DNA of 64,000 nt from an uncultured Candidatus Rokubacteria bacterium. Lineage in GTDB: Bacteria > Methylomirabilota > Methylomirabilia > Rokubacteriales > CSP1-6. The translations under genes were made by a program, and so were the position numbers. The notes below the pieces were generated by a model. It was not told where the DNA came from. It did not search any database and saw only the letters and a program-made list of their open reading frames with translations. Below, piece after piece: positions 19,876-29,096 of the stretch (position 1 is the first letter of the stretch; each line of letters opens with the position of its first letter). Location of the stretch: the NCBI GenBank assembly GCA_963789955.1, contig CAWBMV010000015.1:252900-316899 (forward strand), written 5' to 3'.

Positions 19876-20064
19876 GTGAGGGAGCTGACCGCCGAACAGG
19901 TCGGCGCGCTGGCGGCGGCGCTCGATCTGCCCGTCACGCCCGAGGACGTGACGGAGGTGACCCATCGGCTCAACGCGCTGATCGAAGCGCTGGCCCCGCT
20001 GGCCGGGTTGCCGCTGGAGACGGTCGAGCCCGTCCCCGGCTTCGGCGACCCGTCTCCTTCGTGA
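19876..20064 (+). CDS. Small GatC/AtzG-like amidase partner
   Basis: 62 aa, LTAEQVGALAAALDL...L...EP, directly before an amidase. Confidence 0.65.
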   Translation: MRELTAEQVGALAAALDLPVTPEDVTEVTHRLNALIEALAPLAGLPLETVEPVPGFGDPSPS

Positions 20065-20094
20065 CCGCAGGTCGCGGATGACCGCGAGTCGGGT

Positions 20095-21525
20095 ATGACG
20101 GCCGATCGGGCCGACGTCGCGTTTCTGGGCGTCCGGCGGCTCGCCGCTCTCGTGCGCGAGCGTAAGGCGTCGCCGGTCGAGATCACTCGGGTCTTCCTCG
20201 AGCGCATCGAGCGGCTCGATTCCCGGCTCCGGGCCTACATCACGGTGCTCCCGGACGCGGCGCTCGCCGCGGCGAGCCGGGCGGAAACCGCCGTGATGCG
20301 CGGCGAGACCTTGGGCCCGCTCCACGGGGTTCCCTACGCGGTGAAGGATCAATTCGACACCGCCGGCGTCCGCACGACGTCGGGCTCACGGATCCTCGAA
20401 AATCACGTGCCGGTCGAGGACGCGACGACGATCTCGCGCCTGAACGCGGCGGGCGGCGTCCTGCTGGGCAAGCTGAACCTGACCGAGTTCGCCCTCGGTG
20501 GCACGCAGCAATTTCCGTTCGGCCAGCCGCGGAACCCGTGGAATCTCGACCACGATCCCGGCGGCTCTTCGTCGGGCTCGGGTATCGCGGTCGCCGCCGG
20601 CCTCTGCGCCGCGTCGCTCGGCGAGGACACCGGCGGCTCGGTGCGGTCACCCGCGTCGTTCTGCGGCGTCGTCGGGCTTCGCCCGACGTGGAGCCGTGTG
20701 TCCCGGCACGGCTCGTTTCCGCTGAGCTGGTCGATGGACACTCCCGGCCCGCTCGCCCGAACCGTCGAAGACGCGGCGTGCTTGCTCCAGGCGATCGCGG
20801 GATACGACGCCAGGGATCCGCTCTCGAGCCGCGTCCCGGTGCCGGACTACACGCGGGCGCTCGCCGGCGGAGTGCGGGGGCTTCGCATCGGGATCATCCG
20901 CGAGCTGACCGTCGGCCCTGAGACCGACGGCGAGGTGAGGGAGGCCGTCGTCGAGGCGGCGCGGCGACTCGAGCAGCTGGGCGCCGTCACCGAGGAGATC
21001 TCATTGCGCCTCGTCCCGCTGGCCGGCGCGATCTTCATGGCGCTGGCCGACTCCGACGGCGCCGGCGTGCACTACGGCTGGCTCCGCACGCGCGCGGCTG
21101 ACTACGATCAGGGGACGCGCCGCCGCCTCCTGACCGCCAGCCTGATTCCGGCGGCGATCCAGCAGCGGGCGGCGCGGGCGCGCGCGCTGCTCCGCGCCGA
21201 GATGCTCGACGCGTTCGCGCGTCACGATCTGCTCCTGTGCCCGACCGCGCACCAGGCGGCCCCGCCCATCGCCGCCGCGCGCGGCGTCATCACGAGCCGG
21301 CACGAAGTGGCCGGGCGCTTCTTCACGCGGCGCTCCTACGTGACCCCCGCCGCGCTCGCCGGGCTACCGGCGATCGCCGTGCCGTGTGGTTTCACCCGAT
21401 CGGGAATGCCGCTGAGCCTGCAGCTGATCGCGCGTCACTTCGACGAAGCCACGTTGCTTCGCGCGGCGCACACGTACGAGCAGCAGTGCGAATGGTGGAC
21501 GCGGCGACCGCCCGAAGCGAGCTGA
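20095..21525 (+). CDS. Amidase signature family protein
   Basis: GPLHGVPYAVKD, GGSSSGSG, DTGGSVRSPA triad motifs. Confidence 0.93.
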   Translation: MTADRADVAFLGVRRLAALVRERKASPVEITRVFLERIERLDSRLRAYITVLPDAALAAASRAETAVMRGETLGPLHGVPYAVKDQFDTAGVRTTSGSRILENHVPVEDATTISRLNAAGGVLLGKLNLTEFALGGTQQFPFGQPRNPWNLDHDPGGSSSGSGIAVAAGLCAASLGEDTGGSVRSPASFCGVVGLRPTWSRVSRHGSFPLSWSMDTPGPLARTVEDAACLLQAIAGYDARDPLSSRVPVPDYTRALAGGVRGLRIGIIRELTVGPETDGEVREAVVEAARRLEQLGAVTEEISLRLVPLAGAIFMALADSDGAGVHYGWLRTRAADYDQGTRRRLLTASLIPAAIQQRAARARALLRAEMLDAFARHDLLLCPTAHQAAPPIAAARGVITSRHEVAGRFFTRRSYVTPAALAGLPAIAVPCGFTRSGMPLSLQLIARHFDEATLLRAAHTYEQQCEWWTRRPPEAS

Positions 21526-21544
21526 GAGGAGCGAGCCAGCGTCC

Positions 21545-23494
21545 TCAGGCGGTGGCGGCGGGGAGCTCGACGATGAAGGCGGCGCCGCCTTCCGGGCGGT
21601 TGACGGCCTTCAGCGATCCCTGGTGCTGCTCGACGATGGAATAGGAGACCCAGAGGCCGAGCCCCGTGCCCTCGCCGGGCGCCTTCGTCGTGGTGAAGGC
21701 CTCGAAGATGCGTGGCAGCACGTTGGGATGGATGCCGGGGCCGGAGTCGAGCACTTCCAGGCGAACGTTCGGCCCGCCGGGCTCGGACAGCCGCACGATG
21801 ATCTCGCGCTCGCCCTTGTGGTTGGCCATCGCCTGGTGCGCGTTCTGGACGAGATTGAGGAGCACCTGCTGGATCTGACCCTCGTCGGCCAGGACCGGCC
21901 GAACGTCCCCGAAGTCGGTGACGACCTTCACGCTGTCTCGCCGGAACTGGTGGGCTTTGAGCTCGACCACCCACTGGATCTGATCCTCGAGACGGCAGGG
22001 ATGCCGCTCGGCGGAGTGCCCGCTGGTGAACCGCAACAGGTTCTGGAGCATCTGCGCCGCGCGCGACGTCTCCTGCACGATCGTGTGCAACCGCTCGCGG
22101 CTCTTCGCGGGACCGTCCGAGCCCATGAGCAGGAGCTCCGCCTGCCCGAGGATCGCGGTCAGGCGATTGCGCGTCTCGTGCGCGAGACCGGCCGCGAGCT
22201 TGCCCACGGTCGAGAGCTTGTCGCCCTCGATGAGCTGAGCCTCGGCCGACTTGAGATCGTCGAGCTGGCGCCGTGTCGCCGAGTAGAGCTGCGCGTTCTG
22301 CAGGGCGAGACCGATCTGGTTGGCGCACGCCTCGACGAGCGCGATCTCGGATTCGGTGAACGCCTCGGGCGTGCGGCGGCCGAGCGAGAGCGCGCCGAGG
22401 ATCCGTCCCCGGCTGTGGATCGGCACGCACACGAAGGCGTGGATCCCTTCCTGGGTGACGGCCGCCCGCGCCGCCGGGAGCAGATCGACGGACTCGCTGA
22501 CGTGCGCCCAGTGCAAGGTCTTGCCGGTGGCGGCCACGCCGCCGATGAGCCCTTGCCCGGTCGGGAGCACGCGATTGATCTCGCGCAGCCGCGGCCGCAG
22601 GCCCCGGTCGCCGCGCAGGTGCAGGGTCGTGCCGTCCGCCGACAGCAGGTGCAGGCTCGAGATCTCGTGGCCGGTGACGTGCGTGAGCGCGTCGAGCGCG
22701 ATGCGCAGGACCTCGTCGACGTCCAGGGTGGCGCTGATCGCCTCGCCGATGCGGTGCAGGATGCGCACGTGCGACTCGACGTCGACGGTCGGCGCGCCGA
22801 CCGATCGTCGGACGAACTCGCCGAGCTCCTGGAGTCGCTCGTCGCTGTGGTCCTTGAAGGCGAACGCGTAGCCCTCGTCGTCGGCGCGCACGAGGATCGA
22901 CGGAACCTCGAGCTGCGTGTCGCTCTCGGGCAAGGTGATCGAGAGCGTCGCGACGCCGCCGGAGCGGCGCGCGCCGTTCGCGCGCACCTTGATGCCGGAG
23001 GCGCTGAGGTTGACCGAGGTGGATTCCCACACGTCGCCGCTCTGCTCGCGGATCTGGACCGGCAGCGAGAGCATGGCCCGCGGCGCCCGCCGCCGCTCGG
23101 AGTCGACCTCGTCGACCTTCGGCTTGCGCGGCGCTTTCGCCGGTGTCTCGAAGCACGCCAGGGCCTCTTGCAGGCGACGGAGCGCGACGGGCTTGCCGAT
23201 GAAATCGAAGGCACCCGCCCGCATGGCCTCCTGCGCCTGGCTTTCGGTCGCGCGTCCAGAGATGACGAGGATCGGGACGCGCAGGTCGCGGACCGTCTCG
23301 AGCTTCATGAAGTCGAGCCCGCTCATGCCGGGCAGGCACACGTCGAGGAGAACCGCATCCGGGCGTTCAGCGCTGAGTGTGTCGAGCGCCGTTTCGGCCG
23401 TGTGGGCGATGACGGGCTCGTGGCCGATCTCGTGGAGGAACTCCCCGAAGACCTCGCAGACCGCCTGATCGTCGTCGATGACCAATACGCGCAT
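21545..23494 (-). CDS. Hybrid histidine kinase REC-PilZ-GAF-HisKA-HATPase
   Basis: VIDDD/LLDV.LPG/KP receiver; RRAPR and NLSASG PilZ motifs; GAF; AHETRN, NLVQNA, DSGPG, GTGLGL. Confidence 0.88.
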   Translation of the reverse strand: MRVLVIDDDQAVCEVFGEFLHEIGHEPVIAHTAETALDTLSAERPDAVLLDVCLPGMSGLDFMKLETVRDLRVPILVISGRATESQAQEAMRAGAFDFIGKPVALRRLQEALACFETPAKAPRKPKVDEVDSERRRAPRAMLSLPVQIREQSGDVWESTSVNLSASGIKVRANGARRSGGVATLSITLPESDTQLEVPSILVRADDEGYAFAFKDHSDERLQELGEFVRRSVGAPTVDVESHVRILHRIGEAISATLDVDEVLRIALDALTHVTGHEISSLHLLSADGTTLHLRGDRGLRPRLREINRVLPTGQGLIGGVAATGKTLHWAHVSESVDLLPAARAAVTQEGIHAFVCVPIHSRGRILGALSLGRRTPEAFTESEIALVEACANQIGLALQNAQLYSATRRQLDDLKSAEAQLIEGDKLSTVGKLAAGLAHETRNRLTAILGQAELLLMGSDGPAKSRERLHTIVQETSRAAQMLQNLLRFTSGHSAERHPCRLEDQIQWVVELKAHQFRRDSVKVVTDFGDVRPVLADEGQIQQVLLNLVQNAHQAMANHKGEREIIVRLSEPGGPNVRLEVLDSGPGIHPNVLPRIFEAFTTTKAPGEGTGLGLWVSYSIVEQHQGSLKAVNRPEGGAAFIVELPAATA

Positions 23495-23526
23495 AGGGTT
23501 CGCCGTGAACGGCTACCCCTTCTTCC

Positions 23527-23542
23527 AGCAATCGGCGTACCA
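23527..23542 (-). promoter_or_regulatory. sigma54 -24/-12 promoter
   Basis: TGGTACGCCGATTGCT, GG-N10-GC spacing, 32 nt upstream of the kinase ATG. Confidence 0.65.
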
Positions 23543-23673
23543 CTGGTAAGAGATTGGTAAGTGGCTATTAAATATGCTGATTCCAGAAATTCCAACGCGC
23601 TAAACGTGGATGATCCGGGCTCAGCGCTGGGAGATTCCTGGCCGTTCGGAGCGGATCAGGGCGACGAGCCAGA

Positions 23674-24462
23674 TCAGAACGCGGTCGGACGAAGCCCCAT
23701 CGGGAGCGCGATCTTGTAGTACGAGCCGAGGAATCCTTCCCACCACGCCTGCCGCTCGCCGCCGCGAGCCACCTCGGAGAAGAGGCGCAGGCTGTCGTCC
23801 TGCCACTGCTGGATCGTCTCGAGATTGCCCGGGTCGTCCTCGATCAGCGCCTTCACCAGGGCGCGGCCGTAGCTGATGTGGCGGGTCTCGTCGCGAATGC
23901 GCGCTCGATGGTTCACCGCCGACAGGACGTCGCCGCGCGCCTCGGCGCCGTCCGCCAGGACCGTGAACGTGCCCGGCCCCGCGGCGCCCTCGGCGACGAA
24001 GTTGCCCTTCACGAGGATCTCGATGGAGTCCTCGAGCTCGAGCAGGTGGCGGAAGAAACGGCAGGTCGTTCCCGGCGACTCCCACGCGGCGAGCCAGTCG
24101 CGCTCGGGGATGCCGGCCCGCTCGAACACCTCGCGATCCATCTCCAGATGGCGCTGCTCGTCGGCCAGCTGGAACAGCGCCGACTTCTTCAGCTCGTCGA
24201 ACGGGGCGTTGGCGGCGGCGGTCGCGACGTAGTGTGTCGCGGACAGCTCGGAATAGTAGTTGTTGGCGAACTGGTCGACGGCGTTCTCGAGATAGCGCGG
24301 GCTGACGTTCTTGTAGTTCAGGGTGTCGTCGGGGATGCTCGCACGCTCGGCGAGATACCGCTCGCGCTCGCGAGCCTGCATGCTGACGTAGCGCTCCCAG
24401 CTGAGATTCGCCGGGTCGCTGAACAACGCCGTGTTCTTGAGGACGAGCCGCTTGCGCGCCAT
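23674..24462 (-). CDS. Ferritin-like di-iron protein resembling a truncated soluble di-iron monooxygenase alpha subunit (262 aa)
   Basis: SD GAGGAGG plus ATG 24462; E72, DEQRH, E158, DETRH ligand set. Confidence 0.8.
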   Translation of the reverse strand: MARKRLVLKNTALFSDPANLSWERYVSMQARERERYLAERASIPDDTLNYKNVSPRYLENAVDQFANNYYSELSATHYVATAAANAPFDELKKSALFQLADEQRHLEMDREVFERAGIPERDWLAAWESPGTTCRFFRHLLELEDSIEILVKGNFVAEGAAGPGTFTVLADGAEARGDVLSAVNHRARIRDETRHISYGRALVKALIEDDPGNLETIQQWQDDSLRLFSEVARGGERQAWWEGFLGSYYKIALPMGLRPTAF

Positions 24463-24481
24463 CGCGCCTCCTCTATATGCG

Positions 24482-25530
24482 TTATGGCGCCCGGGCCCGC
24501 GCTCCATCGAGTAGGGCTGCCAGCGCACGAGCGTGCTCCGCTCGAGGACCGACGGATTCACGCAGCTCCGCGGCCAGCGGCCGCCGAGCACGAGCGCGAT
24601 CTCCTGACCGACCCGACGCTTGCGCACGGGATCGAACCTCGCGGACGCGGAGGCCACGTGCGGCGTCAGGATGACGTTGTCCATCTTCAGGAGCGGATTG
24701 TTGTTGTCGGGCGGCTCCTGCTCGAGCACGTCGAGGCCGGCCGCGGCGATCCAGCCTTCCTTCAGCGCCTTGATGAGCGCCGGCTCGTCGGTCGTCGGGC
24801 CGCGCCCGGTGCTGATGAAGAGCGCCTCTGGCTTCATGAGCCGGAAGTGGTGCTCCGTCATCAGATGGTGGGCGTCGGCGGTCGCCGGCGCGTGCATCGA
24901 GACGATGTCCGAGCGCTGCAGCAGCTCGGTGAGGTTCACGGGCTCGACGCCGTACTGACTGACGACCAGCTCCTCGACGTACGGATCGTACGCGAGGATG
25001 TGGAACCCGAAGGCGCGCGCCCGCACCGCGACCGCGCGAGCCACGTGGCCGAAGGCGATGAGACCGAGGGTCTGGCCCATCAGGCGCGGGAACTGGGACA
25101 GGATCGGCCGGCCCTCCGCCCAGCGTCCGTCGCGGACCATCCGGTCCATCGTCGTGAGGCGGCGATACGTGGCCAGGATCAGCATCATGGCGTGGTCGGC
25201 GACTTCCTCGATGAACGTGTCGGGCACATTGGTGACCGGGATGCCGCGGGCCGTCGCCGCGTCGACGTCGACCGAGTCGACGCCCACGCTGCCGAGTGAG
25301 ATCACCTTGCACCGCTCGAGCCCGTCGATCATGCGCTTGGTGATACGGCGTCCCTTCGCGTAGAGGGCGTCCGCGTCACGCGCTTCCTTGACGAACTCCT
25401 CGTCGGTCTTGGCCGCGATCTCGACGATCTCGGCGTCGATCGGCGCGAGGGCCTCCATCTCGAGCTTGTAGCCCGCGCCGGGCACCGCATAGCTTGCACC
25501 GCTCGGGGTGACCACCTTGAACTTCGCCAC
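24482..25530 (-). CDS. D-isomer 2-hydroxyacid dehydrogenase (CtBP/SerA-like)
   Basis: VGVDSVD, VTNVPD, EVADHA, SMHAP, TGRG, GLDVLEQEP, LTPHVA; reads through into next gene, nearest TAA (24482) is out of frame. Confidence 0.9.
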
Positions 25531-25784
25531 GCTCGTCTCCTCCTCAGTCGTCTTCGGTCTCGGCTTCTGGTCGGCCCGACCGGCCGTCCTGCGCTCGCGC
25601 ATTGTCGCACAGGCCGCAGCCGCGCGGTGGCCGCCAATCCCTGGCGTCCCGGGCCCGATCATCGCACATTCCCGCGCGCCGGGCGCGCGCACTGCGCGGC
25701 TTGCGTGGTTTCCGACTCTTGCCCTAGTATTTCGCCCATACTGTGCGGTACCAGACTGACGGGGCCCGAACCCTCCGGAGGACC

Positions 25785-26993
25785 ATGCTCATGATCAAAC
25801 GCATCATCGCGATCGCCGCCGTCGCGCTCGCCCTCGGCATCAGCTCGGCGCAGGCGCAGGAAGTGAAGGTCGGCGTCGCCCTGCCGTACACGGGGATCGG
25901 CGCCGAGTTCGCCCAGCTGGTCGACCGTGGGATGGAGCTCTACCTCAAGCTCAACGCCGACAAGGTGAAGCCGTACAAGATCACCATGATCCGGCGCGAC
26001 GTGAAGGATCCGAGCGGCGCCAACGCGAAGATCGCGGTGCAGGAGCTCCTGACCCAGGACAACGTCGACGTCCTGGCCGGCTGGATCTACTCGCCGAACG
26101 CGATCGCGTCCGCGCCGATCGTCAGCGCGGGCAAGAAGCTCGCGGTGATCATGAACGCCGGCACCGCGCACATCACCAACCTGTCGCCGTACTACGTCCG
26201 CACCTCGTTCAGCATGTGGCACGCCGGCTATGCGCTCGGCGAAGCGTCGGCGAAGATCCTCAACGCCAAGACGGCGGTCGTCGGCTACACCGATTTTCCG
26301 CCCGGCAAGGACAGCCTCGCCGCGTTCAAGCGGAGCTTCGAGGCCAACGGCGGCAAGGTGATCGACGAGATTCCGATGGGCGGCGCCGGCGCGGTGCCTG
26401 ACTTCACGCCGTTCTTCCAGCGCGCCAAGGACAAGAAGCCGGACCTGTTCTTCGTCTTCGTCCCGGCCGGCGACCACGCGGCCGCGGTGGTGAAGACCTA
26501 CGCGGCGCTCGGCATGCGGGAGGCCGGTATCAGGCTGATCGGCCCCGGCGACATCACCCAGGACACGAAGCTCCAGGCGATGGGCTCGGCCGCGGTCGGC
26601 CTGATCACGATGCACCACTACCACGCCGATCTCGACAACCCCGAGAACAAGCGCTTCGTGGAGGCGTGGAAGAAGGAGTATGGCGCCAGCACCACGCCCG
26701 ACTTCATGGCGGTGGGCGGCTACGACGGCATGGCGGCGATCGTGCACGTCACCCAGGCGCTGAAGGGCAAGATCGAGGTCGACGCCGCGCTCGAAGCCCT
26801 CAAAGGGTGGAGGTTCGCGAGCCCGCGCGGCCCGATCATGATCGATCCCGTCACGCGCGACATCGTCATGAACGAGTACCTGTCCGAGGCGGTGATGAAG
26901 GATGGCCGCGTCTACCAGAAGGTGATCGGCAAGATCGACGGGGTCAAGGACGCCTGCAAGGAGCAGAAGATCGGTCCGTGCGCGCCGAAGTGA
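25785..26993 (+). CDS. ABC substrate-binding protein (LivK/Peripla_BP_6 type, aromatic-acid-binding-like)
   Basis: Signal peptide, LPYTG, SPNA, MNAGT, PDFTPF.QR, SPRGP..IDP.TRDIV. Confidence 0.9.
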   Translation: MLMIKRIIAIAAVALALGISSAQAQEVKVGVALPYTGIGAEFAQLVDRGMELYLKLNADKVKPYKITMIRRDVKDPSGANAKIAVQELLTQDNVDVLAGWIYSPNAIASAPIVSAGKKLAVIMNAGTAHITNLSPYYVRTSFSMWHAGYALGEASAKILNAKTAVVGYTDFPPGKDSLAAFKRSFEANGGKVIDEIPMGGAGAVPDFTPFFQRAKDKKPDLFFVFVPAGDHAAAVVKTYAALGMREAGIRLIGPGDITQDTKLQAMGSAAVGLITMHHYHADLDNPENKRFVEAWKKEYGASTTPDFMAVGGYDGMAAIVHVTQALKGKIEVDAALEALKGWRFASPRGPIMIDPVTRDIVMNEYLSEAVMKDGRVYQKVIGKIDGVKDACKEQKIGPCAPK

Positions 26994-26995
26994 GG

Positions 26996-27184
26996 TGCGC
27001 GCTGCAGGCCGTCGCGGGGCTGGGGCCCCGCCGGCCGAGGCGCGCCTATAAATCCGGATGCGCGCTGCAGGCCGTCGCGGGGCTGGGGCCCCAGCGGCCG
27101 AGGCGCGCCTATAAATCCGGATGCGCGCTGCAGGCCGTCGCGGGGCTGGGGCCCTGCCGGCCGAGGCGCGCCTATAAATCCAGG
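26996..27184 (+). repeat. Three tandem 63-bp palindromic intergenic repeats
   Basis: Units start at 26996, 27059, 27122: TGCGCGCTGCAGGCCGTCGCGGGGCTGGGGCCC-NNC-CGGCCGAGGCGCGCCTATAAATCC (unit 2 has CAG at the variable site). Confidence 0.95.
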
Positions 27185-27206
27185 TGAGCGTCCGCACGAC
27201 GCGCCC

Positions 27207-28083
27207 GTGATCTTCGGGGATCGACGTCGCCAGCATGGTCCTCGGCGGCGTGGCCGCCGGCATGGTGCTGTTCATCGTGTCGGTCGGGCTGTCGGTGACG
27301 ATGGGCTTGATGGGCTTCGTCAATCTGGCCCACGGCGGCTTCGCGATGCTCGGGGGGTACGTGATCGCGCACGCGATGAAGCACTGGGGCCTGGGCTTCG
27401 CGCCGGCGCTCGTGATCGGATTCGTCGTCATCGCCGCCCTGAGTGCTGTGCTGGAGCGGCTGCTCTACTCGCGGCTCTACCGGGCGACCGAGCTCGATCA
27501 GGTGCTCTTCACGATCGGCCTCGTCTTCGTGATGATCGCGTCGGTCACCGTGCTCGTCGGGCCCGAGAACCAGCCATTGATGCTGCCGGCGTTTCTTCGC
27601 GGCCAGATCAATCTCGGGATCACGCAGTACCGCACCTACAGCGTCTTTCTCATCGTGGTCGGGATCCTGATCGTGAGCGGGCTCTGGCTCGTGTTCGAGC
27701 GGACCCGGATGGGCGCCCAGATCCGCGCCGCCGTCGACAACCGGCGCATGGCCGAGTCGCTCGGCATCAATATCCGGCGCCTGTTCACCTTGACCTTCGC
27801 CTTCGGCGGCGGCATGGCGGCGCTCGGCGGCGGGCTCGGCGCCGAATTTCTGGGCCTCGATCCCCAGTACGCGCTGAAGTACCTCGTCTACTTCCTGATC
27901 GTCGTCGCCGTCGGCGGCCTCGGCCGGGTCACCGGCGTCTTCTACGCCGCGCTGCTGATCGGCGTGCTCGACTTCGCGCTCAAGAAGTATGTGCCGTCGG
28001 GCGGCACGGCGTTCATCTACGCGCTCACGATCCTCCTCTTGCTCTGGCGGCCGCAGGGCCTCTTCGGCACCAAGAGCACGTGA
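27207..28083 (+). CDS. LivH-like permease (likely GTG 27207 with an extra G in GGGG; intact frame from 27235)
   Basis: GLSVTMGLMGFVNLAHG, RAAVDN..MA..LGIN, VVAVGGLG. Confidence 0.9.
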
Positions 28084-29096
28084 CGCGGTCGGCGGTCAGC
28101 TGGGTCGATCATCCGGCGGCGGTCGCGCTGGCCGGCCGCCACCGTCTGCGCGCGTGGGAGCCGATTCCCTGGCTCCTGGCCCTCGCGTTCTACTTCGTGT
28201 TCCCGAAGTATCTCGGGTTCGGCACCGAGCTCCTGATCACGATCCTCTTCGCGCTCTCGCTCGATCTCGTCCTGGGCTACGCGGGGATCGTCACCCTCGG
28301 TCAGGCGGCCTTTTTCGGCGCCGGCGCCTACACGGTCGGCATGCTGGCGAAGCGCGGAATCTGGAACGAGCCGATCACGGGCCTGATCCTCGCGGCGGCG
28401 GTCGCGGCGATCGTGGGTCTCGGATCGGGGCTCGTGCTCCTGCGCACCGGAGGGCTGACCCTGCTCATGCTCACGTTGTGCACGATGGCGCTCCTCGAGG
28501 AGGCCGCCAATCTCGCGCACGACTACACCGGCGGCTTCGACGGTCTCGACAGCCTGCAGATCACGCCGGTGCTCGGCATGTTCGAGTTCAATCCGCTCTA
28601 TCCAAAGACCCAGTACCTCTACGCCCTCTCGGTGCTCTTCGTCTGCTTCGTGTTCGTGCGGACGCTCGTCTACTCGCCATTCGGCCAGAGCTTGACGGGA
28701 ATTCGTGAGAACAGCCTGCGCATGCACGCGGTCGGCGCGCCCGTTCGCCGGCGCCTCGTTCTCTGTTACGCGCTTTCGGCGGCCATCGCCGGCGTGGCCG
28801 GCGGCGTCTGGGCGCAGGCCAACGCCTACGTGAACCTCGGCACCCTGGGCCTCGACCGCGCGGCCACCGTGCTGATCATTCTGGTCCTCGGCGGCTACGG
28901 CCGGCTGTACGGAGCGTTCGTCGGCGCGGTCGCTTACGTGGCTCTGTCGCACTTTCTCTCGAAGATCTATCCCACGGCGTGGCAGCTCGGACTCGGGCTC
29001 CTGCTCGTCGTCATCGCCCTGTTCGCGCGCAACGGGATCCTGGGAATCATCGAGGCCGCGGCCCGTCGACTGCGGCCGCCGCGCGCGACATCGTGA
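28080..29096 (+). CDS. LivM-like permease
   Basis: LDLVLGYAGIVTLGQAAFFG.GAY, TGGFDG, SPFG..L.GIREN. Confidence 0.9.
   Translation: MTRSAVSWVDHPAAVALAGRHRLRAWEPIPWLLALAFYFVFPKYLGFGTELLITILFALSLDLVLGYAGIVTLGQAAFFGAGAYTVGMLAKRGIWNEPITGLILAAAVAAIVGLGSGLVLLRTGGLTLLMLTLCTMALLEEAANLAHDYTGGFDGLDSLQITPVLGMFEFNPLYPKTQYLYALSVLFVCFVFVRTLVYSPFGQSLTGIRENSLRMHAVGAPVRRRLVLCYALSAAIAGVAGGVWAQANAYVNLGTLGLDRAATVLIILVLGGYGRLYGAFVGAVAYVALSHFLSKIYPTAWQLGLGLLLVVIALFARNGILGIIEAAARRLRPPRATS

Noticed and set aside
19876..21525. gatCA of the tRNA amidotransferase
   Set aside because: No gatB and a catabolic context.
26996..27184. CRISPR array
   Set aside because: Units are contiguous with no unique spacers and no cas genes are present.
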